From: a virus
Virus record (IMG/VR): IMGVR_UViG_3300035158_000384
Location: 31,754-95,753 of that record
DNA: 64,000 nucleotides
Reading direction: 5' to 3' (one strand)
Positions 37,298 to 45,861 of this stretch are shown piece after piece (the first letter of the stretch is position 1; the number at the start of each line of letters is the position of its first letter). The notes under the pieces were generated by a model. It made no database searches. It saw only the letters and a program-made list of their open reading frames with translations, and was not told the DNA's origin. Both the position numbers and the translations under genes were made by a program.

Positions 37298-37873
37298 TCA
37301 ACTCCCGTATCTGGCGTATTTGCAGACACAAACCACGTACAGGTCAATGGATGTGTTTTTCCAATAACCCGCCGTGGGGTCTTCAAACTTATAAATCTCG
37401 TAGACATGATCCTTCCAGAAGAAACGATCTCCCTTCTTGACCATGTCAATTTCGGCATCTTCCAAAAGGGGAACGAGAAACGTCGCGATCATGTACCGCC
37501 CCTGTTCAATGCCGAATTTCTTCAACTGCCGGGTTGTAGGGTTGTGGTTCAGGTGAACGTGCATGTACCCTTTTGACTCGAATTCGTCTATTTCCGTCGC
37601 GTCAAGCCTCTCCGTAGTATGGGGCTGTTGCCAAGCCGTGCCCATCTGTTGTCCGGGCGGGTTGACTTCTCCCCAAAGATCGTCAACATCCTCGCTGTTT
37701 GGCAAGGGTTGGACATCGCCTGTGTGCTCCGAAACCATAGCATCGGGAATTTTCCTCGATTGGTAGTCAACTTGAGGAAAAAACCGTTCATAACGCTCTT
37801 TCATCATACGTATGGCGGTTTCGATGTCCTTGTCGGTCCCGGTTGGAAAGTGCGTATTGAACAAGCGATCCAT
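37298..37873 (-). CDS. head closure/neck protein (gp14-like)
   Basis: DDLWGE...L.KFGI......F.......KGD.F.W....YEI. Confidence 0.7.
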   Translation of the reverse strand: MDRLFNTHFPTGTDKDIETAIRMMKERYERFFPQVDYQSRKIPDAMVSEHTGDVQPLPNSEDVDDLWGEVNPPGQQMGTAWQQPHTTERLDATEIDEFESKGYMHVHLNHNPTTRQLKKFGIEQGRYMIATFLVPLLEDAEIDMVKKGDRFFWKDHVYEIYKFEDPTAGYWKNTSIDLYVVCVCKYARYGS

Positions 37874-37874
37874 G

Positions 37875-38633
37875 TCACTCCAACTCCGGCAGGAATGGTC
37901 TCCGACGCCGCCTCAATTCCTCCTCGAGACGTTGCATATCGTCACGAGCTTCCTGCAAGAGTGTGTCCGCGTCAATCTGCAAATCACCCTCTGGTCCGGG
38001 GATGCCCATGAATTTTCCTCTGATACGCCCGAGGATTGTTTTGGCTTTAGCGGTGGCATACTCTACAACCCATTCAATGTCACCGTCGGGCAGTAAACCC
38101 ATGCCAGTACTGGCGTCGTCGTCAACCGACAAACCCCAAGTGAATTCGTAACTGCAAATTACGGGGGTGGGAGCGTCAATATACAAATAGTAGTTTTGAC
38201 CCTCCCATTGCCCCAACCACTCAGGTTCGGCGTCCACAAGTCTTGCCGCCACCTCACGGTATTGGTAAGTCTGCATCAATTCACCGAACGTCATACCGGC
38301 AATTGTGTAACCTGACGGCGTGAAGTACGAAAAAGGATCGAAGGGGTCGAGTCCTTCACTTTCGACCGTGCGAGGGTCTAAAAACTCCACCCGCACTACG
38401 CCTTTCATACGGCTGTGGCCATCGCGTGTCTGAAGAGGCCCGTACTTCCGTTGGGAAGCTGATACTTGCTGTACGGCGCGTGCTCGCATAGGAGCCCACC
38501 GGTTGTACTTGCGTACCGCCGACTTCAACGCCGTAGTCAAGTCATTGGACTGCAACTCAACCATAATCCCGGAGTGTCCGAGATAGGTGAGCATCTCTTC
38601 TTTCAGTTCGTCGACTGTGATGCCACTCCGCAT
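37875..38633 (-). CDS. neck/adaptor protein (gp13-like)
   Basis: LG....VEL...; WV.EYA.A.AK.ILG.IRGKF..IPGP.G......L..EA. Confidence 0.85.
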   Translation of the reverse strand: MRSGITVDELKEEMLTYLGHSGIMVELQSNDLTTALKSAVRKYNRWAPMRARAVQQVSASQRKYGPLQTRDGHSRMKGVVRVEFLDPRTVESEGLDPFDPFSYFTPSGYTIAGMTFGELMQTYQYREVAARLVDAEPEWLGQWEGQNYYLYIDAPTPVICSYEFTWGLSVDDDASTGMGLLPDGDIEWVVEYATAKAKTILGRIRGKFMGIPGPEGDLQIDADTLLQEARDDMQRLEEELRRRRRPFLPELE

Positions 38634-38656
38634 AACGCGACCCTTTCGCCGTCAGA

Positions 38657-39145
38657 CTACTTGTCGCCGGACTTCTTGGCTTTCTTCTTGCCGCCTTTTT
38701 TCTTCGACTTCTTGGGCTTCTTCTTGCCTTTGTCGTCGTCTTCCTTCACCTCGGCGGCGTCTTCCTTAGTCTCGGGCTCCTTCACTTTCTCTTTTTCTTC
38801 TTTGGGAGCCTTCGCTTTTTCTTCTTCGGGAGCTTTGGCCTGTTCTTGAACGTCTTTCTCTCCCACATCCACAGGCTTATCGCTTTTATCAGGTGTCGGA
38901 GGCGTTTTTTGCACCACTTTTTTAGCCTCTCTATCGGCCCGTGTTTCGGGAAAGGGAGACAACGGCCCCCTCGCACCTAAAAACTGACGGTAGTGCAAAC
39001 CTTCGACGACATACAACGCACCCTCCTTGTGAGGCTTGTCGTTCCAAGGATGCACCGTCACCGTGCGGCGGTTGGCGTCGTAAACGTGAACGGGCATGCT
39101 CTGCATGTTCACAAAGCGCGGTTCTGTGTGTTGCTTTGGCATCAT
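38657..39145 (-). CDS. hypothetical protein with Lys/Glu-rich tail
   Basis: GGAGG RBS; low-complexity C-terminus. Confidence 0.65.
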   Translation of the reverse strand: MMPKQHTEPRFVNMQSMPVHVYDANRRTVTVHPWNDKPHKEGALYVVEGLHYRQFLGARGPLSPFPETRADREAKKVVQKTPPTPDKSDKPVDVGEKDVQEQAKAPEEEKAKAPKEEKEKVKEPETKEDAAEVKEDDDKGKKKPKKSKKKGGKKKAKKSGDK

Positions 39146-39191
39146 TTCCTCCTGCGTGGTTTAGACGGGTCTCCGTCCAGCGTAAGGTAAC

Positions 39192-39236
39192 AAAAAACGC
39201 CGGGGTCAGGGTTATTTCCGACCCCGCACCCCGGCG
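39192..39236 (-). terminator. terminator after the major capsid gene
   Basis: CGCCGGGGT/ACCCCGGCG stem then T6. Confidence 0.75.
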
Positions 39237-39256
39237 CTGGTTCATGAAACTACCGA

Positions 39257-40768
39257 TTACGGACCAAGGTTGATCCTGACATACATGTCGGGGTTGACCA
39301 TCTTGGTGGCGTAACGGCTCGCCATTCCCTTCTGTGAAAGGAAGTCGGCGGTTGTGAGCGTCTCCGTCGTGTAAAGCAGACGGTACGGTGCCCACACAAA
39401 ACCGGCTTCGTAGAAGTCCTGACCTTTGAAGCCCATGAGGATGTTTCCGTTGGGCGCGGCTCCGGGTTCCTTGTCAAGGTGAATGTCCTTGTAGACCCGG
39501 TATTCACCGGCGAGAGTGCCGATGAAGTGCAGTCCCTGCGGATTCTTGGGTTTCGGGGCCTTGACGAACAGGTCGCCGGGAAGCGACTCGATGACGTTGG
39601 CCGCGAGCTTGTCCACGATAAGCCAGTTACCGTAGACCTTCTGCGTCCTGCTCCAGATGTTGTTGCTTGCGGTGTTGAGCAGGAAGATGATGTCGCGGAA
39701 GTGCTCCTGCTGTGAGTAGCCGGAGCCGGGGTTCGTGGTCGGGAAGACACCCGCCACGGGAGCAACGGTCCAGAGTTCGTGGATGATCTGCCGTGCGATC
39801 TCGAAGTTCATCTGCTCGGCAGCGGCGGAAACCAGATTGGGCTCCAACTGGACGCCGAATTCAGCCATGAGGTCTTGCACCGATTCGATGCTGTAGTTGA
39901 CCATGATAGCGCGGCGTTCGGTTTCCACGGTGCTCTGCGTGATCTGAACGTCGATCTGCGGCACCATTGAGGAGCCTTCGCTGTCCCACCTGTACGTGGC
40001 GACGGGCTGTAGGCTGGCGACGAAGGTGTCGGCGTTGAGTTCGATACTGAATTCACCGGTGGAGTAGTCGATGTAAGTGTTGGCACCTGCGGTAAGCGCG
40101 AGGGTTGAAGTCCACCCCCCGTTACCGTTGTCGAAGAACTCCTGACCAGCACCGGCACCTGTTGTTTCCGCGGTGACTTTGACGGTGCCGGGACGGACAC
40201 CACCACCATCGTGGAAGGTGAGTGTTCCGGTGTAAACGGCGTTGGCGGGAGCCGTAGTGGTTGCCAACGTCTCGGCGTCGATCACTTCGTTGGAGAAGTT
40301 GAAACCGGCGTCCTGTTTACCGTGGAGAGCGTCGAAGAGGCGCTGACCCTGATAGTACGAGCCCTTGCCCCGCCCGACTACGAAGTTCCAGTAAACCACC
40401 GTGGCGGTGCGACGGTTGGTCGGCTGGACCGAAACGATGTCATTGATGGGGTTCGTGGGGAACCCGGCGCGGATGATGGGGAAGATGTAGTCGCTGAAAC
40501 CACCCAAAAGCGCGGAGCGGGTGACTTCGTTGATGTGCATGCGGCCAGCTTCGTCGATCCGACCGCGGCACTTCCTCGCCATCCAATGTTTCGTGTTCTC
40601 GAGCATGAGCGCAGTCATGCCGCGCATGCGGTCGTCCTTGATCTGAAGATCGGCTTCCTCGGACTCCGCAAAGTATTCTGCCCATCCACCTTCCGCTTCA
40701 GGAAGGCGAGCCAACTCCAGACCCGTCTGAATCTCGTTGGCGTATGAACCGATTTTGTTGATAAGCAT
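39257..40768 (-). CDS. major capsid protein (T4 gp23-like)
   Basis: VSVQP, SIESVQDL, EIARQII, MGFKG....AG.VWAPY, G.ASRYA.KMVN. Confidence 0.93.
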   Translation of the reverse strand: MLINKIGSYANEIQTGLELARLPEAEGGWAEYFAESEEADLQIKDDRMRGMTALMLENTKHWMARKCRGRIDEAGRMHINEVTRSALLGGFSDYIFPIIRAGFPTNPINDIVSVQPTNRRTATVVYWNFVVGRGKGSYYQGQRLFDALHGKQDAGFNFSNEVIDAETLATTTAPANAVYTGTLTFHDGGGVRPGTVKVTAETTGAGAGQEFFDNGNGGWTSTLALTAGANTYIDYSTGEFSIELNADTFVASLQPVATYRWDSEGSSMVPQIDVQITQSTVETERRAIMVNYSIESVQDLMAEFGVQLEPNLVSAAAEQMNFEIARQIIHELWTVAPVAGVFPTTNPGSGYSQQEHFRDIIFLLNTASNNIWSRTQKVYGNWLIVDKLAANVIESLPGDLFVKAPKPKNPQGLHFIGTLAGEYRVYKDIHLDKEPGAAPNGNILMGFKGQDFYEAGFVWAPYRLLYTTETLTTADFLSQKGMASRYATKMVNPDMYVRINLGP

Positions 40769-40789
40769 TGGTACCTCCTATGCGACGTG

Positions 40790-42487
40790 TCACTCTGTTA
40801 TGCGATGTAGTGCTTGCCCTGCTAACGTCGCACCCTTGCTCGTGGGTTTCGTGGGTCGTTGGTCCGCTTTCGTGGACTCCGACACCACGTTCCCTCTTGG
40901 TAGCGCGGTCCTTTTTATGTCTGCGGCGGATACCTGTTGTGTTCTCTCCTCTCGGCTCTGACGCATAGCCGCCGGTAACAAACTTTCGGCCAGAGACTTA
41001 GCATGGTCCGCGCTGACAGCCGTTTCAAGAGTGGTCTCGAAGGGCTTCAATTCAGGCGTTTCACGCAGGATTTCCACAACAGTTTCTTTCACGCTGTCGG
41101 TTGTGTTTTTTGTGCTGTTTTCAGCCAACAGCGACTGTAACAATTCAAGTTTCTCTACGAGTTCGGTGCGCTCTTCGGCAAACTCGCCTTCAAGGGTAAT
41201 CCTCTGTTCCGCGAGCTTCGCCTCAAACTCCTCTTTTTGTGCCTCCAAACGGCTTTCAAGAGCGTCAACCCGACTCTCTTTTTCAGCAAGCTCGCTACTC
41301 TTTTCAGCGAGTGTTTTGCGCAATTGGGCTAACTCGGCCTCTGCGGATTCTGCGCGGCCTCTTTCAAGTTCAACGTCCGCGTTGGCTTCATCCACCTTCA
41401 ACCGGAGACTCTCAACGATATGCCTCACGGCGTCATCTTTGGCCTTGTTTGCATCTTCTTCTGTGAGAACAGAATCGACTACCGACTCAAAAACCTCTTG
41501 CGGGTCGTTTGTTTGTTCTGCGGCTGTCTTCCCTTCGGTAAGCCGTGCGTGTAATACGGTTGAAGCTTCCTCGGAGAGTGCGCCTTTGGAACGCATAACC
41601 GCGAGTTGGTTTAACTTTTCCGTCAACGCGCTGTGTAAAACCTTTCGATCTGTTTCACTCAAAGCGTCTGGATTGGTGTCCAACAGGTAGTCCACTTGCG
41701 CGGTGAACAGTTGAACCGCTTCTTCGTCGCGCTTCTTGCTGGCGTTCTTTGACATTGTGTCAATGTCGACACTCTCGTTCACGCCTTGTGTGCTTTCGTT
41801 CTTTTTTGGCCCCGAAACGACGGTCGGGTAAGCTCCGGGAGTACTTGGGCGCATCACAGCGTCCCATGTTTCAACAACGTAGTCATCTTCATTCACGTTG
41901 CCGTCGTCGTTTACGCTCCCATTCCCGCGAGAAGAGACACCCCACCGAACACCTTTGCGGGTGTATTCCTGCAAAATCAAACCGTTTGGGGTGTCAAGAA
42001 TTTCGGCCTTACCCCACACAACGCCGTCGTCTTGCAATTTCAGGTCGCGCACTACTATCGCGCCCTCTTTGCCATCTGTACGGCCATCTGAAGGGTGCTC
42101 GAGGTGCCCGATCATCCCACCCGCCTGCATCGTCTGCATCGGTATGGACTTGGCGTCACCTACAAGCCGTTCCCATATCTTTTTGGAGTAAACGCGCCCG
42201 TTGGCGTTGCGCACACCTGAACGCTGGAAAGGGCCTTCAACGGTCCAAACGCCGTCTTTCACACGTTTGACCTGTTTACCTTCAACAACAATGTCCTCAG
42301 TCTCAAGATCGTCGATGCTTTCGACAATCGTGTGTGACTGCCCTATCGACTCGACGAGAGGACCACTCGCCTTGTAGTCACCCTTGGCAAAGAAAACCTT
42401 GTCGCCTTGGGTGACATAGGCTATCTCGGGAAAGTAACAGCCTTCCCGACCCTCATTAATAACGCCGAAAGCCTGACCTAAAGACAT
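40790..42487 (-). CDS. prohead protease (gp21-like) fused to coiled-coil scaffold
   Basis: NANGRVY, GHLEHP, LDTPNG, GVSSRG.GS, WDAV..PSTPGA, followed by a long Glu-rich coiled coil. Confidence 0.9.
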   Translation of the reverse strand: MSLGQAFGVINEGREGCYFPEIAYVTQGDKVFFAKGDYKASGPLVESIGQSHTIVESIDDLETEDIVVEGKQVKRVKDGVWTVEGPFQRSGVRNANGRVYSKKIWERLVGDAKSIPMQTMQAGGMIGHLEHPSDGRTDGKEGAIVVRDLKLQDDGVVWGKAEILDTPNGLILQEYTRKGVRWGVSSRGNGSVNDDGNVNEDDYVVETWDAVMRPSTPGAYPTVVSGPKKNESTQGVNESVDIDTMSKNASKKRDEEAVQLFTAQVDYLLDTNPDALSETDRKVLHSALTEKLNQLAVMRSKGALSEEASTVLHARLTEGKTAAEQTNDPQEVFESVVDSVLTEEDANKAKDDAVRHIVESLRLKVDEANADVELERGRAESAEAELAQLRKTLAEKSSELAEKESRVDALESRLEAQKEEFEAKLAEQRITLEGEFAEERTELVEKLELLQSLLAENSTKNTTDSVKETVVEILRETPELKPFETTLETAVSADHAKSLAESLLPAAMRQSREERTQQVSAADIKRTALPRGNVVSESTKADQRPTKPTSKGATLAGQALHRITE

Positions 42488-42794
42488 CGTCTGACTCCTC
42501 ATCGTCGAATTTTATAGCAGGCTTCTGCGGGTCTCGGTTACATAACGCTATCACACGACCATCGGACGGTATCGCTTGTGCCGCACCAAACTCGCGTGCC
42601 GTGTCAATAGCTCTGTTACCTACTTCTTCCAAGCCCCAACGCTTGAAGTACCCCATAATAGCTGGGATGTCCCCATGCAAATTGTAGCTGCTCCGGTCTT
42701 CATCGTCCACAATCAACACAAACCGCTCGTACAAGCGATCATATTGTAACACAAAAAACTCTCCCGGAAGCTCAAGGGGCAGCGGAACACTCAC
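42456..42794 (-). CDS. hypothetical protein
   Basis: 112-aa ORF in the head operon. Confidence 0.55.
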   Translation of the reverse strand: MSVPLPLELPGEFFVLQYDRLYERFVLIVDDEDRSSYNLHGDIPAIMGYFKRWGLEEVGNRAIDTAREFGAAQAIPSDGRVIALCNRDPQKPAIKFDDEESDDVFRSGFRRY

Positions 42795-42798
42795 AGAA

Positions 42799-43224
42799 TC
42801 ACCTTTTGTAGTTTTTACACTCGTGATTCAGGTCAATTACAATGTCGGTTGGTTTCAACCGACACCTTCCACGCCGATTATACTTGCAACTCCGTGCTTT
42901 GCAAGTCAGGTGCGAAAACATCTTGTGAATACCCGCACCTATGGCCATCGACAACACATCCTGCATACCAAAACCTTCTAAGAGTGCAGCGGTCTCAGTA
43001 TCAATGCAACTCTCGTCGGGCTTACCTAACCCAACCATGTGTTTAAGGATGCCTGTGGCGAGTTTGTAGTAACGCTCTTTCTCGGTTTCGCCTGTATCGT
43101 CTCCGGGCTCTTCAATATCGTATTGGAGCGTAACGAGCGACTTCGCCTTGCGCCATAGGCGTTCGACTTCCTCTTCACTCTTTCCCGACTTCTCCGCAAA
43201 ACTACGGATGATATTTTCAGGCAT
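42799..43224 (-). CDS. T4-like small head-region protein with C-terminal Cys cluster
   Basis: SFAEKSGKS..EVE.LW.KAK motif; C.A..C.YN....C......C..Y. Confidence 0.6.
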   Translation of the reverse strand: MPENIIRSFAEKSGKSEEEVERLWRKAKSLVTLQYDIEEPGDDTGETEKERYYKLATGILKHMVGLGKPDESCIDTETAALLEGFGMQDVLSMAIGAGIHKMFSHLTCKARSCKYNRRGRCRLKPTDIVIDLNHECKNYKR

Positions 43225-43405
43225 CCTTGTCCTCTTCTGGAACGGCCTCGTTCCGTGGAGCGCCGCAATGCGGGCACTTTGATGGGTAACGCCCCGGATA
43301 AACGGGAAGAGGGAAACCGCACTCCTTGCACAGAGTGCGGTATTTGCTTTTACCGAGTGCGTTCAACACGCCCTTGGTCATGTATCCGGTCGTTGCTTCT
43401 GCCAT
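43217..43405 (-). CDS. small Zn-ribbon protein
   Basis: CKECG...YPGRYP..CPHCG. Confidence 0.6.
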   Translation of the reverse strand: MAEATTGYMTKGVLNALGKSKYRTLCKECGFPLPVYPGRYPSKCPHCGAPRNEAVPEEDKDA

Positions 43406-43872
43406 TACAGCAACTCCGCTTCGTGTTCGATCCTTGTCAGTATGCCGCCGAAGTGCGTAAGCGTCATACGTCCCGAAAAGCGCCCGTCCGCAGTAGTTTT
43501 GAACTTCAGGAACGCTTTGGTAGACCCTTCGATTGCAAATACTGCCTTCCCTCCGGGTACAACCTCCACGCTGGTCACGTTTGCGCCATCAACACGTAAC
43601 GTCAACGCGGCTCCATAGGAAGCGGGAGCGTTATCGTCGGAGTCTACCACCTCGAGGGTGAAGGATTCCTCAGAACGGCTATCGTTCTCCAAAAGCCCAA
43701 TGATTGGACCAATTACAAGATCGTGGAGAACTTCTCCGTCCAAATTCACTTGCCTGCGCCGCACAATTGCGATCTGTTCTGGAGGCACGCCGGTGTTGTC
43801 TTCGTACCCCGGAATTACCGAAATTGGCCACGAGTAAATCTGTGGGTAGTGTGAGGAACCTGCTATCGACAC
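43405..43872 (-). CDS. beta-sandwich structural protein (paralog family)
   Basis: Distant similarity to 43890 and 44724 (EVVDSDD....YG...VV.GG....FLKF). Confidence 0.55.
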   Translation of the reverse strand: MSIAGSSHYPQIYSWPISVIPGYEDNTGVPPEQIAIVRRRQVNLDGEVLHDLVIGPIIGLLENDSRSEESFTLEVVDSDDNAPASYGAALTLRVDGANVTSVEVVPGGKAVFAIEGSTKAFLKFKTTADGRFSGRMTLTHFGGILTRIEHEAELL

Positions 43873-43889
43873 GTTTCCCCCTCTCTCAT

Positions 43890-44663
43890 TTAGACAATAG
43901 AGATTTCGAGGGAACCATTGTGCCGCATCTGGACGTTGCCTCGAGCCGAACCAGACGTCACGAAGCGCAGGTGTGTCAAGTCTTCGTGAAGCAGGAACGT
44001 ATAATCGAGATAGCCGTCCTTCACTACGGTCTTTGCTCCCACGCTGCTTCCGTCTGCGTCAACTGGTGCGGCCCAATTAGCGCCGTCGTCGTCGCTCACA
44101 GCGGTGGTAACAACCAAGGCGTTTTCAGAACCCGCGGCCTCGAGCCTCACGGAAACCTCTGCACCTTTCTTGACCTTGAAAAGGAGCGCAACGGCATCGT
44201 CGTCGGCGTCAACACCACCGGCGAAACTACCGCCGCCACCAATAGCAGGTTCGTTACCACCACCTGCGCTGGAAGCTGTAGCGGAATTGCCTTCGGCTCC
44301 GTTCTCGTGGGTGAGGGTTACAACAGCACCGGAACGTGAAGCGGTGACGTGCGGGACAGCCCACCCGTTGACCATCTCCTTGAAATTCTCGGCGGTGTCT
44401 TCCTTGGTTGAACCAATCTCAGTACGAATGTTACCAGAGATGATTCCGTAGTCCGGGTCGATGGAACCGCCCGGCAATTCACGCGCCACGTCAAATTCAA
44501 ACGTCCGCTGAAAACGGATAGCGGTGATTGTCACCGTGTCTCCATCATCAGGGTTGTTGTTGAAAGTGACTGTGATTGTCGCGTGAGTTTCCGTCGGCGT
44601 TCCGGCAGACGCGGGCGCTCCGAAATCATAAACATCTACTGCGGCTGCTTGACTCCTCGGCAC
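43890..44663 (-). CDS. beta-sandwich structural protein with inserted TFEFD domain
   Basis: MPRSQAAAVDVYDFGAP N-terminus shared with 44724..45098. Confidence 0.65.
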   Translation of the reverse strand: MPRSQAAAVDVYDFGAPASAGTPTETHATITVTFNNNPDDGDTVTITAIRFQRTFEFDVARELPGGSIDPDYGIISGNIRTEIGSTKEDTAENFKEMVNGWAVPHVTASRSGAVVTLTHENGAEGNSATASSAGGGNEPAIGGGGSFAGGVDADDDAVALLFKVKKGAEVSVRLEAAGSENALVVTTAVSDDDGANWAAPVDADGSSVGAKTVVKDGYLDYTFLLHEDLTHLRFVTSGSARGNVQMRHNGSLEISIV

Positions 44664-44723
44664 GTCAGCCTCCTGATACGTTGTTTGTGGAAAGGATCAG
44701 TCTCAACTCATACAAACACCTAG

Positions 44724-45098
44724 TTAGATGTTGACGATGTCGAGAAGCGATCCACCCCGAATCTGAACATTGGCGCGGCTTCCACCGACGGCCAAAATCC
44801 TCATGAACTTGTCCTCGTCCTCGCGGAGAAGGAAATCGGCGAAGTCCTTCGTCCCGCCCGCAGCCACTACCTCGTCTGCAATAGCAACAAGGTTGGTGTC
44901 CGCGGCAGAGTCGCTGTAGGAAGAGCCGTCGGCGCTCACCTGAACGGTGACGGTGACGTCGTTTTCGGCTTCCGACGCGACTTCAAAACGGAAAGAGAGC
45001 TTCCCCCCGTGACGAACCTTGAATTCCAACACGGTGTCCTCTGTGAGAGGGGCACCAAAATCGAAGGTGTCGACCGCAGCTACTTGACTTCTAGGCAT
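44724..45098 (-). CDS. beta-sandwich structural protein (possible decoration)
   Basis: MPRSQVAAVDTFDFGAP; VQVSADG..Y motif. Confidence 0.65.
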   Translation of the reverse strand: MPRSQVAAVDTFDFGAPLTEDTVLEFKVRHGGKLSFRFEVASEAENDVTVTVQVSADGSSYSDSAADTNLVAIADEVVAAGGTKDFADFLLREDEDKFMRILAVGGSRANVQIRGGSLLDIVNI

Positions 45099-45107
45099 TT
45101 TTGCCTC

Positions 45108-45851
45108 CTATGTCTCTTGCAAAGCTGTTTGTTCAACGAACTTTTCGGACGCTATGTCGTCGATGTTACCTTCGGCTTCGAACACTTCTACGTTGTTCCA
45201 AAAACCACCGTAGGGCGTTTGTTCCGAAAGCCACTCGGTGTAATCCGCGAATGCGGGTCTGTTGCCCTGCCAAAAGGCCCATTGGTTAGCGAAGGTTTCC
45301 GCTTGAACAGTCCCTTCAGCAGTTGCGGCAGAACCGCGTTCATCAATTACAAGCGCATCCACTAGGGTATTATCGCTTGCAAACAGAAAAAAGCAAGCGA
45401 GTTTCCGGGAAGATAATTCCGCTTTCGCAATCTCAGCCAACGGATCAATCTTCGGGCGAGCCTGTATCATGGCTACCCAAGGCTCAAAATCATAGTCTGG
45501 ATACGCCTCTGCCATTTGCTGAACTTGCTTTATATACTCGACCTTGTTCAGGTCTATGCGTTGCCGCATCTCGTTGAAGCGTAGTACACGGGACGCATTG
45601 TCCATACCCGGTGTGATGGTGTAGGTTTCACCCTGATAAACTGTTTTCCACCTCCCGTCAACCTCTTCCCAAGTAACTCCGGGCATCCGTATAAACGCCC
45701 CTTGGTTTTCAACCAGAACATCTGCTGACCACCAGTCCCAAAAGAAAACTAGCGTACCCGCTTTAGAAGTGACTACAAAATCAATGGTGGCAAAGGCAAA
45801 GTTCTCTGACCCTTCTAAAACCGCGCCACTCATACAGATGTCGAATAACAC
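45108..45851 (-). CDS. hypothetical protein downstream of the giant protein
   Basis: 247-aa ORF starting 10 nt after the giant gene stop. Confidence 0.65.
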   Translation of the reverse strand: MLFDICMSGAVLEGSENFAFATIDFVVTSKAGTLVFFWDWWSADVLVENQGAFIRMPGVTWEEVDGRWKTVYQGETYTITPGMDNASRVLRFNEMRQRIDLNKVEYIKQVQQMAEAYPDYDFEPWVAMIQARPKIDPLAEIAKAELSSRKLACFFLFASDNTLVDALVIDERGSAATAEGTVQAETFANQWAFWQGNRPAFADYTEWLSEQTPYGGFWNNVEVFEAEGNIDDIASEKFVEQTALQET

Positions 45852-45861
45852 AAATCACCCC

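Noticed and set aside
37437-37449. TTGAC-CAT-GTCAA palindrome (matS-like spacing)
   Set aside because: Single intragenic copy with N3 rather than N5 spacing; probably chance
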